From positions 620,001 to 684,000 of the forward strand of contig OZ251224.1 of assembly GCA_965240325.2 (NCBI GenBank): 64,000 nucleotides of DNA, given 5' to 3'. Made by a program: the position numbers and the translations under genes. The notes beneath the pieces were generated by a model. That model was not told where the DNA came from. It worked only from the letters and a program-made list of their open reading frames with translations, and ran no database searches. Numbering within the stretch: position 1 is the first letter of the stretch; every line of letters starts with the position of its first letter. Positions 1 through 9,367 of the stretch are shown one piece after another. This DNA comes from Rebecca billardiae RCC1528. Taxonomy: Eukaryota; Protista; Haptophyta.

Positions 1-104
1 TGACTCGAGATCGCCCATTCGTGCATGATGATGGTGATGAACTGACAGGGATGGTTTTTCGGCGCTGCCCTCGCATCCATCCCGGCATGCCGCGTTGCGC
101 TGCA

Positions 105-1523
105 ATGTGGCGCTGCCGCCTGCTGGCGGCGGTGCTGGCTGGTGAGGTGGCAGGCGCTGCGGCGCAGCCGTGCCTCGCCGTGCGGGCCGACCAGCTCGCG
201 CGTGGCGCTGACGACGGCGAGCCCTTGCGAGCGTGCATGCCTTCGGGCGTCGACGCGTGCACGCCGCACGTCTCGTTCAAGGCCCTCGCATATGCGCGAA
301 TGGTGCGCGCGGGCGTGCTCATGCCGCCACCCACGGCGAGGTCACCCGGCGGTGGCGCCCGCAGACATACCGCGCCGAGCGCGATAAGGGCGATGGGATG
401 GGGGCTCGACCCGGCCACTCGCGCGCCGATCAACCTGCACTGGCTGCACGTGCTGCACCAAAAAGTGGCACACCACCATTTCGCTCGCACGCTCGGCGTG
501 CGGACGGCGCGCTACTTCGCGTGCGCTCAGGAGAGCCCGGCTGCGCTGCTTCGACAGCTCAGGACGCCACTGCCGTCCAGCTACGTCGCCAAGCTCGCGC
601 AGGGCAGCTACGCGCGGGAGGTGTTTGTCGTGCGCGACGGACGGCTCGCCGACCTCCGCAGCCAGGTGACCACGTTCTCGCGCACGCCTGTGTCGCTCAA
701 GCAGGTGGTGCACAAGCTCAGGCTGGCGGCGGCGGCGCGCGCGGTGCGCGGCGCGCGCAAGCATACCTTCTTGCTCGAGTCATTCCAGCCGTCCGTTAGT
801 GACCCGGGCCGCGCTGTCGACTTTAAACTGTATGCATTTGGCCGGAACGTGCCCGTCGCAGAGTACGACAACGTGATGACCAACCGCCCGGGCTTCTTCG
901 CACTCGCGTGCGACGCGAGCGTGGTGGGCTGCCCGGCGGTGGCCGCGGTGGGCGGCGCGGGTGCGCCGACACCGGTCTTCTACGAGGTGAACACCAACCT
1001 CACGCTCGTTGGCGCAGCTGGCGGGGCGACTGGCACGTGCGGCGCGGCACTGCCGGCTGAGGCGCCCCTCGGCGTGACGACAATGCGTAAGCTCGCGCGC
1101 ACGGTGGCTGGCGCGCTGGGCGCCTTCTTCCGCGTCGACTTTTATGAGACGCACACGGGGCCCGTGCTCAGCGAGCTCACGTTCATCCCCGGCTGGTACG
1201 ACGGTTACGTGCTCCGAGCGCCGTTTCGCGACCAGCTCAGCAGATACCTCGGCGCGCAGTGGCGCGGCGTCGAGGGCGGCGGCACACCTCAGCGCACACC
1301 ATGCTGGTTTCCGAGCGGGTGGGACGCGATGCTCGACACGTGCATAGGCTTCGGCACGTACAACCTCACCGCGCTCATCGACGCTAACTGCAATCTCGAC
1401 GAGCCTGGCGACGCCGCCGACGCACGCAAATGGCGCGCCGCCGCGCGTGAGATTGCCCAGGCGTACGCAGAATTCGAGCGCACGACCGCGACGAGGAGTT
1501 CGAGCAATGGCGTAGTCGGATAG
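105..1523 (+). CDS. TupA-like ATP-grasp protein with N-terminal signal peptide
   Basis: Motifs YVAKLAQGS, DFKLYAFG, FFRVDFY and SELTFIPG match TupA-type ATP-grasp; hydrophobic N-terminus MWRCRLLAAVLAG. Start could also be ATG 87 or 51. No intron seen. Confidence 0.7.
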   Translation: MWRCRLLAAVLAGEVAGAAAQPCLAVRADQLARGADDGEPLRACMPSGVDACTPHVSFKALAYARMVRAGVLMPPPTARSPGGGARRHTAPSAIRAMGWGLDPATRAPINLHWLHVLHQKVAHHHFARTLGVRTARYFACAQESPAALLRQLRTPLPSSYVAKLAQGSYAREVFVVRDGRLADLRSQVTTFSRTPVSLKQVVHKLRLAAAARAVRGARKHTFLLESFQPSVSDPGRAVDFKLYAFGRNVPVAEYDNVMTNRPGFFALACDASVVGCPAVAAVGGAGAPTPVFYEVNTNLTLVGAAGGATGTCGAALPAEAPLGVTTMRKLARTVAGALGAFFRVDFYETHTGPVLSELTFIPGWYDGYVLRAPFRDQLSRYLGAQWRGVEGGGTPQRTPCWFPSGWDAMLDTCIGFGTYNLTALIDANCNLDEPGDAADARKWRAAAREIAQAYAEFERTTATRSSSNGVVG

Positions 1524-1928
1524 CTTCATGCCGCCCTGCATGAGCCTGGGTCATACGTATTCAAGATGTGACGACTTGATATTGATGAATCATACGTGTT
1601 GTTACTATGCCGATTCTCGGCGGTTCGCCACGCGCGCGCGTCATCAGGCCACGTGAATCGTGATCCAGCAGCTTTAATAAGTTTAATTGAATGAAGTCGT
1701 AGTCTGAGGCATTGTCGACGGACTGCCCGGACGGCCAGACAGCCGACCCAGCGGGCGTCGATTGACCTCGGGCTCGATGCTATATCTCGATCGGTCGCTC
1801 TGCTAGGCAAGGCAGGCAAAACAGAGTAGGCGGCGAGCAAAAGTTATCCCACACGCTGACAACGGGCGCGAATAATTAGGCGCGTGCAAACCGTCAAGCT
1901 GAAGCTGTCAAAAATCATCATCACCGAG

Positions 1929-1997
1929 TTATATTATATTATATTATATTATATTATATTATATATTATATTATATTATATAATATTATATATTATT
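1929..1997. repeat. (TATAT)n-type AT microsatellite
   Basis: Directly visible. Confidence 0.9.
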
Positions 1998-2180
1998 GTA
2001 AGCTAGCTATTAACACTCGCAGTAGCTAAGATCGCGATTCATTATTAATTGACATCGATTCAGATGATGGCGGCTGTAGTTAAAGTGTCGTCGTAATTCA
2101 TCATGTCGCACTGCGGCCATACTAGCTCATAACTACAGCTACTGTACTGTAATCTCGCCTACCTGAGCTGTGTGCGTCTC

Positions 2181-2370
2181 TTATGGCGCATGCCCCCCCC
2201 CCCGAAAGGTCTGAGCGTGAGCGAAAGCCGGGGAGGGGGCGGCGCACGTGCTCCGCAAAATCAAAAAGAGGATGCGCGCAGGATTTTGGGGATTTTTCGG
2301 TAGGTGGCCACCGCGTATGAGTGGATATCGCTGCCGCAATGATTGCGTTTGTAGTAGATGCTAATTTTAA
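2181..2370. repeat. Dispersed repeat family A, copy 1 (probable TE terminus)
   Basis: Shares cgaaaggtctgagcgtgagc and gcacgtgctccgcaaaatcaaaaagaggatgcgcgcagga with 56748-56988; short inverted copy at 9125-9158. Confidence 0.85.
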
Positions 2371-2930
2371 CGATAGTAACACTTAGGGGAATGCAGGGTG
2401 GAATAGCACATAACACCAGCCGTGTGTTAGAACATTCCGTCATAGTAAGATGCCTGAATTGTAAGAGCCTGAAAGAGCTCGCCAACCATAGAAACGATAG
2501 GTTGGGTCGTCAGCTTTGATTCACGCGCTTCTGAAAAACAGCGTTTTAGATTAGACGCATCCCTCTTCTCTTAAGAGAACTGCGCTTCAAAAACACCGTT
2601 TCAACGAAAGACGATCGCCCGCCATTCAACTGAAACGAGATTCTGCATAAAGCGAACCAAAGATGTTATTGCGCGGGTAGTCCGAACCGACGTTCCCGCG
2701 CGCTCTCATATCATACAGCTATCGAGCTACTGACTTGCTCATGCGGGTGGGATTCGACATCTCTATCTGCGAGGATTAACAGCTCTCTGAAAACGATTGT
2801 GTCCTGGACAACTTGAAAGGGCAGCGATCGGCTTTGATTCTGCCTATTGTAGGGAAAGTTTTATGGTACGAGTTAACGAACCGTCACTTCTGGGCTCTGG
2901 TCGCGAACAGTCGCCAACTGCCGGCACTAC

Positions 2931-4039
2931 GTGCGCGATCGCGTGGGGCGATCGCGTGGGGCGCGACTCCGGCGTGCAGCGGAAGCGCCCGAAGCGGAGG
3001 CGTCGGGGGCGGCGGCTGAAGGGAGCGAGGGCGGTGGTGGCGGCACCGAGGACGAGGGAGGCGCGCCGAACGGCATGTCCGTCCTCACCCTCGCCATCGG
3101 CGGCCGCCCGCGCGTCACCGCCGCCGGCTCTCAGCCGACGACAACGCCCGCGAGTGCCGCCCACGGCGCGCGGCGGGCGCGTCACGGCAGGCGGCGGGGG
3201 CGGCGACTGCAGGGAGCGAGGGCGATGGTGGCGGCGCAGTCGAGGGAGGTGCGCCATCCGGACAGCGCGGCGGCGCGGCGCGCGGCCGAGCGCGGGAGCC
3301 TGGGCGGCGGCGGGCGCGCGGCGGGGCATGTGGCTGTGCTCACTCAGTGCTGCCCGAGAGGCTGGCGCACTCGCCCAGCGCCGCCGCGCACACCGCCGCC
3401 GACCTCGCGCGCACGACCTCCGTCAACTCCTCCGTCAGCGGCGGAGAGCGCGTCGCCTCGCCGCCCACGCTGCCGCCCAGCCGGTTCGTCATCCGAGCGC
3501 TCGCCGGGCGCGCGCGGCGTGACGCGCCGGGCCGCGGTCGCCGCCTACTAGTACTAACTAAGTGGTGGGACCGCCGCTGGGGGGCGGGGCGGGCGGAGGA
3601 GATGGCGGTGGCGAAGGAGGACGCGGTGGTGGACGTGGACGTCACGCAGTCCGGGCTGCACTGGCTCATCCACCTCCTCTCTGCACTCGACCCACCGCCG
3701 TCACCGACGGCGCAGCAGCTGGCGGCGGCGCGACGTCATGGTGGCGGGCGCGGCGGCGCGGCCTCGGCCGAGGCGGGCGCGCGCCGCGCGCGCCGCTGCG
3801 GCGGCGTGGAGCGGCGGGAGCTGAGCGGCGCGCTGCTGCACACGCAGTCACGCTGCGCACGTGCTGCAGACGCTGTACGAGCGCGCCACCGCCGACGCCG
3901 CTGCAGACGCTGTACGACTACGAGCGCGCCACCGCCGACGCCGTCGCGCCGCCGCTGCCCCCGCCGCACCGGCACCGTCCGACCGTCCGACCGTGTCGTC
4001 ACAAGCCGCGGCTGCTGCTCACATTCACAAGCTCACTAG
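2931..4039 (+). pseudogene. Decayed GC-rich coding sequence of unknown family
   Basis: Coding-like segments lie in shifting frames; an 11-nt insertion (3549-3559) interrupts AVAAY|KWWDRRW; LQTLYERATADA is tandemly duplicated at about 3863-3943. Confidence 0.5.
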
Positions 4040-4354
4040 CTGCGTGATGGTGACTAGCCACTAGGGCCGTGCGCCCTCAACTTCGTTGTTCACTACCCGA
4101 AGATCGGCGTAGCCGATCATTCTTATATAGTAATAAACTGTAACGTTAGTGAGTTAACTGCAAAAAACGACTAAGTAGTCTCTGCTATCAAATGAGTCAA
4201 ATGACGCCATTACCAATTATACCAAACGTAGTAAGTAAGTTATTAGATCCGCGGCATGATCCGGACTGTAATAATCCTGACAGTCAAGGAGGACCCCGTC
4301 GTCCATCGACCAGCCTCACTTGCCAGCGGCCCTTGAATCATGCTGGCACCAAGA

Positions 4355-5521
4355 TCACTGCGGACGGCGCCGGCGCGGAGCCGCAGCCTGCTTGGCCTGC
4401 TTGCCATGCTGCGAGGTGACGCGCGCCCGCGACGATGGCGGAGCCTGCACCACGGGCGCGGGTCGCTTGCGCGGGGCGGTGGCCTGCTGGCTTGGCGCCA
4501 TCCGGCCATTGATGCTCGGCATGCGCGACGCCAGGGTTGCCGGGAACGGCATGGGCGGCAGCATAATGTTCGCCATATTCGCAATGGCAGCCCACGCGGC
4601 CACCCCACCCGGGTTCGCAAATTGCATGGAAGTGGGGACGGGTGGCAGACCGCGCTGCGCGATCATGGACGCGAGCCCGCTGGACTGCAGGACGCGGTCC
4701 GCCGTGCCGAGGAGCGTGAGCACCGCGATGGGGATGTGATGCCCTGGGCGGTGGCACACGAGCACGCCCGGCGTGTTGTGCTTGCGCAGGCCCGCCTGGT
4801 CCATCAGCACAGCAAACACGAGCAGCTTGCGCCCGCCCTTGCAGTACGGCAGCGAGATGAGCACGTCTTCGGCGAAGTACTCGCCCCGCCCGAGAGCCTG
4901 CCCGTTTGTGCCCCGCTTGCGCGGATCCAGCGACGAGCGGCAGATGTTGTCCACGTTCGCCTCGTCGGTGCCGTGGAAGACGAGGCGGATCGACTTCTCG
5001 CCGCTCTTCTTGTACGCAGCGAGGAAGCGCTTGTACAGCGGCTGGCCGGGCTGCGAGTGCGGGTTGTGGAAGACCTCCTTCACGCGTAGGCAGGCCGCAC
5101 GCTCGCTCAGGAATCGGTCGATGCTGTTCCGGTAGGGCAGGAGCACGTCGTCATCCGAGCGGTCGTGTGCGGTGAGGTCCACGCTGTCAAACGCGCGCTG
5201 CATCTGGCGGGCGAGCGTCTGGTCGTCCGCAGTCAGGTCGATCGGCTCCGCGGCAGGATCGACGGCATCGTCGGTCGACGACAGGTCGATCACGAGCCCA
5301 TCCTCCCTCGCGTCGCCTGCGCTGCCCCCCGCCTGCGCGCCACTTGCACCTGCTCGCGAAGGGCCGTCGCCGGACTCCACGGGGTCCGCCTCGTCAGCGA
5401 CAAGGTCGATGGTGGGCAGCTGTGAGGTGGGTCGAGGAGCGATTCGTGGTGGAGGCTGCCGTTGAACATCCTCATCGGAGTCGTCGAGCACGATCACTTC
5501 CTGCGCCGCAGTTCGGCGCAT
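4355..5521 (-). CDS. PARP-like ADP-ribosyltransferase domain protein with N-terminal array of SUMO-interacting motifs
   Basis: VFHGT, GRGEYFA and SLPY form the PARP catalytic core; VIVLDDSDED, TIDLVADE, VIDLSSTDD, PIDLTADD and SVDLTAHD match the SIM consensus; ATG at 5521. Confidence 0.8.
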   Translation of the reverse strand: MRRTAAQEVIVLDDSDEDVQRQPPPRIAPRPTSQLPTIDLVADEADPVESGDGPSRAGASGAQAGGSAGDAREDGLVIDLSSTDDAVDPAAEPIDLTADDQTLARQMQRAFDSVDLTAHDRSDDDVLLPYRNSIDRFLSERAACLRVKEVFHNPHSQPGQPLYKRFLAAYKKSGEKSIRLVFHGTDEANVDNICRSSLDPRKRGTNGQALGRGEYFAEDVLISLPYCKGGRKLLVFAVLMDQAGLRKHNTPGVLVCHRPGHHIPIAVLTLLGTADRVLQSSGLASMIAQRGLPPVPTSMQFANPGGVAAWAAIANMANIMLPPMPFPATLASRMPSINGRMAPSQQATAPRKRPAPVVQAPPSSRARVTSQHGKQAKQAAAPRRRRPQ

Positions 5522-5784
5522 GGCAACTGATGGCCACGCCCCCGGCTTTGTCCTGTCCCCCCTGCTCACTCGGTTGAGTCCGCCGCTGCTTGCTCGGAGC
5601 GATGACTGAGTAAACGCGGGTGCAGCCGTCCAGGCCTCCCGCAGCAGTGGCACTCCCTTGCTCCAGCAGTGGCAGCAGCCCGCCAATCACAAGAGTGGCG
5701 TTGTAGGACAAACGCGGGGGTCCGGTTCAGAAGCGGGTGAGCACCGGTCGCTGCGGCGGTCGCGCATCCAGCACGTGCTGATTC

Positions 5785-6276
5785 ATGGCCATGATTGCCA
5801 CGACGGCTGACGCGGTCGCGCTCAACTGCACAAAGATCGCAGACTCCCTCCGAGGTGTGCTCGAGAAGCCTGTGGACTTTGAGAAGCTCGATGCTGATGC
5901 ACTTGATGAGGTCATTGTCCTCCTCAGTAAGCAGCTCGAGGTGGCCCAGGATGTGCTGAGCAAGAAGGGGATCAAGCCGTTCAAGCATGTTGACTCGGTG
6001 AGCGTGATGCACCGGCGCGAGTCAAAGTCTGCGACACCGCGGAAGACCTCGGATAAGGTGGACGTGGGTCTCCGCCATGTGGATTCTATCCAGCTGAGCC
6101 GCTCGCGCCTCTCCTCCCAGGGCAATGTGCAGGTCGACCATCTGCACAACGGCTCGTCCTTCCCGGAGAAGATGCGCGAAAAGATCAAGGCGGCTCCGGC
6201 ACCCGCGGCCGCAGCGGCAGTGGTGGTCGGGGCGTTGCTGGTTGGGCTTGCGTTCAGGCTCGCACGCAGAAAGTGA
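5785..6276 (+). CDS. Hypothetical tail-anchored membrane protein (163 aa)
   Basis: Coding-like composition; C-terminal TM segment VVVGALLVGLAF followed by RLARRK*. Confidence 0.65.
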   Translation: MAMIATTADAVALNCTKIADSLRGVLEKPVDFEKLDADALDEVIVLLSKQLEVAQDVLSKKGIKPFKHVDSVSVMHRRESKSATPRKTSDKVDVGLRHVDSIQLSRSRLSSQGNVQVDHLHNGSSFPEKMREKIKAAPAPAAAAAVVVGALLVGLAFRLARRK

Positions 6277-7740
6277 TGCGTCCCGCGCAGCTCTTGCCGT
6301 GGGTGACAAGACCACGGCTCCCGTCTGGCATGAGCTCACAGTCATGTCCTTGGAGTCTCACCTCGTGGCTTGAGCTCACAGTGCTCAACTCAGCTCAAAC
6401 AGGTTGCACGGCGTCCCCGTTGTCCCATATCTGCATCAACTTTCAATATCGCGGCCGAAGCCAAAGTGAGCCATGCGACCTCGGGATCAGAGTGCCGGTC
6501 TGTGCCGCCTCCGGGCCCGAGGCGGACGGCGCAGGCAGCCGCACGCAGCACGGCTCAGCACCGGCACGCGCGATGCGGCGGACCGTGCGGACCTGCGGAG
6601 CGGAGCAGAATGCATGAATGATACTCTGTCTAAGTATACCTAGCAGTAAACTCTATAGATTATGACTCTATACTACTGCTATGATATTGATTGACTGATG
6701 ATATCTACGACGACTGTCGCCCGGCCAGTCCGGCCGCGCCGCACTCAGGCGACTCTGCCCGGCGTGACTCCGTGAGTCCGACCGGCTGAGCGACGAGGCC
6801 CGTGCCGTATACGGCGTATACTACTACTGTTTTGTGACGATGATGACTGTTTAGCAGTGATGGCGGACGGGCGAGGCAGTCCGAGGCGGGACAATCACAA
6901 GTGAGCTTACCGCGGGCGCGGGCTACTCGCACTCACTCAGTGTCACACTCACAGATAACACCGCCGCTGAGACAAGCAATATTAGTATTATTAAGAAGCC
7001 AGCAACATACTACTTCATTGAAGACCGGATATGTGTCGTAATAACTCTCTGCACTGTGATCAGATTGATGAGCGGTGTAGTGACGCCGTCACTTGGGGGC
7101 AACTTGGGCGGGGCGGTTCCGCTACTCAAAGCAGTCAAAGCGGACCGGCGGCGGCATCAGCCGCCTTGCCCGCCTATGAGCGCAGTGATGCGTAGTTGAT
7201 TCAGCGTCGCGCGGCTCAGTCAGACCAGTACTCAGTAGTCTGCAGGCTCTGGAGTCAGTGAGTCAGTCGGGCGCGGCCAGGGACGGTCGTCATAGTCGTC
7301 ATGCCAATCAGTGCATCAGCATGCATAACCATTGACCGACTGCCGCCACTACCGGTGACGACTGACGACGTAGCACTACTAGTAGCAGCTAGCGCTGGTA
7401 GTGCCGTACACGTTATAATGATATTTCTACTTATTATTAGTCGTAGAGCTCTCGGCGGAATAGATCATATAGTAATAACCGTCGATGTACTATTCTGATG
7501 TCTGTGTGTACGTACGGTCGTATGCCTACTCCGTACTCGTGAGTACTCGTCCGATCACCATGAGTGCCCTTATATTAGACAACTTGAACTTTGATCGCCT
7601 GATCGGAGTAGAATATATCAACTTATGCTCTCCGAGCGCCCATGCCGATCGATGCGGTGGATGCGGCGGCGAGACGTGAGTGTACTGACGTACGGCTTCT
7701 TTATTTAGACTCAAGACTGGCAACTGCTGCGCACGGCTCA

Positions 7741-8580
7741 TTAATCAGACTCGCCCGTCCAGAGAGTGAGGTTATCCCGTATGAGTTGCATCAAGAGGGT
7801 CGAGTCCTTGAAGTCGTGTTCGCCCAGCTTGTCGAGCACAAGCAAGGCGTCATCGAACGCCTCCTTGGCCAGCTTGCATGCGCCTACGGTATCGTGAAGG
7901 GTCTCATACTTGAACACGGCGTAGTTCAGGGCGACGCCCAGCCGGACCGGATGTGTAGGGACGAGCCCGCCATTGGTTGCCTGCTCGAATGCGCTCTCAT
8001 ACGCAGCATCTGCCTGCGTGGCAGCTGCTTTCGCCTCCTGGCTGCCAGGCTCGAGCTCTGCGATGTAGCGGTAGCAGTCCCCCTTCAGCTTGAGGAAGAA
8101 GATCTTGCCCTCGCTCCCGAATGTCTCGTTGGGCAGCACGAACTTGTCGAGCAGCTCGATCAGCTCGGTGCACGTGGAGCGCAGCTCGCCACCGATTCGG
8201 GTGACAAATGCTTGCTTGCGTGCAGACTCGAGTGGGGCGAGGGCAGACAAGGCATGGCGAGATTCGAGGGTGAGTGCCTTGTAACCGCGAGAGAGCAGGT
8301 CGCGCTCGTGCTTATCTGATGCAGACGATGTCGCAGCCCCAGCCGCGTACTTACGTTCGACGTATTTCTTCATGAAGCTCGCCATCTCGGTGTATCGCTC
8401 TGCAGTTCCCGCCAGCTCCGCATCCTGAAGTAGGTCGTCCAAGCCTTCAGGTGCTGCCGTCTCGTGCTGCGGTCCGACCGGCTGTGTAATGCCCCCGCTA
8501 GCCGCGAGCACAACCGCCGCGATCACAGCGAGACCAAGAGCCATCGAACCGATGAGATGCCGCTTCGTAAAGGCCACCAT
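7741..8580 (-). CDS. Divergent 14-3-3 protein with N-terminal signal peptide/anchor
   Basis: AERYTEM, ERDLLSRGYK, KGDCYRYIAE, THPVRLGVALN and DSTLLMQLIRDNLTLWT; N-terminus MVAFTKRHLIGSMALGLAVIAAVVLAA; intronless. Confidence 0.9.
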   Translation of the reverse strand: MVAFTKRHLIGSMALGLAVIAAVVLAASGGITQPVGPQHETAAPEGLDDLLQDAELAGTAERYTEMASFMKKYVERKYAAGAATSSASDKHERDLLSRGYKALTLESRHALSALAPLESARKQAFVTRIGGELRSTCTELIELLDKFVLPNETFGSEGKIFFLKLKGDCYRYIAELEPGSQEAKAAATQADAAYESAFEQATNGGLVPTHPVRLGVALNYAVFKYETLHDTVGACKLAKEAFDDALLVLDKLGEHDFKDSTLLMQLIRDNLTLWTGESD

Positions 8581-9124
8581 TCTTCGTTTGCTGCGTTGAA
8601 GAGACGCAGAGACCGAGTGTTGCGGACCCTGCTCGCAAGGTGCAAGGGCGAGCAACCTCCTCCCCTCCCGCTCGGACGGTAGCCCGACGTTCGTTTGCGA
8701 GCGCCCCCGCCGCCCCGCGGCGCCGGCGCTTTCCACTATCTACGGCGTACGGGTAGGGATCGCTACGACACTCGATACTAGTGTAGTGATATCATAGTCG
8801 CTACGGCTCGCCAGTCGCTACCCACCTGTCCCAGGATGTACGGGCCGCTGATCATTAATTCATTATTGGTCGGCGCGGACCAGCCCGTAGGCCGTAATGT
8901 AGCCACACAGGCTCCACAAAGCACAGGCCAAGCTACACCATCCGCGGATCGAACTACCGCACGTCAGGTAGTTCATCTGATCAGAGCATAACAGTGCAGC
9001 AGCGCAGCACTTGGAGGCAGTGCCATCAGGCGGCACCACGCCCATGCGATGCAGGCACCTGAGGCACCATGACCATGCCCGATGGCGAGTGCCGCATGCG
9101 GCCCGCGACACTGCGGCAGTGCGG

Positions 9125-9158
9125 CGCTCAGACCTTTCGGGGGGGCCGTGCGCCATTA
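9125..9158. repeat. Short fragment of repeat family A, inverted relative to 2181-2217
   Basis: cgctcagacctttcggggggg...tgcgccatta is the near reverse complement of the family A end. Confidence 0.7.
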
Positions 9159-9367
9159 TGGGGCGGGTACGTACGCAGTATTATAAGGCGTTCATGTGCT
9201 GCTGCCTGCTTGGACAGTCGGAGCACCCGCGTTTGCTCGCTGACATCACTATATATATATACGGCTCGTGCCGTCACGCGCCGCCTGCGTCTCCATCGGC
9301 GGCTGCCACGAGCACGCGCCGGCCGGTTGCGACTTGGCTCCGCGCCACCGTGCACCGAGTCCGAGTG

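Noticed and set aside
2741-2760. tRNA T-arm-like string gggtgggattcga
   Set aside because: No cloverleaf can be built around it.
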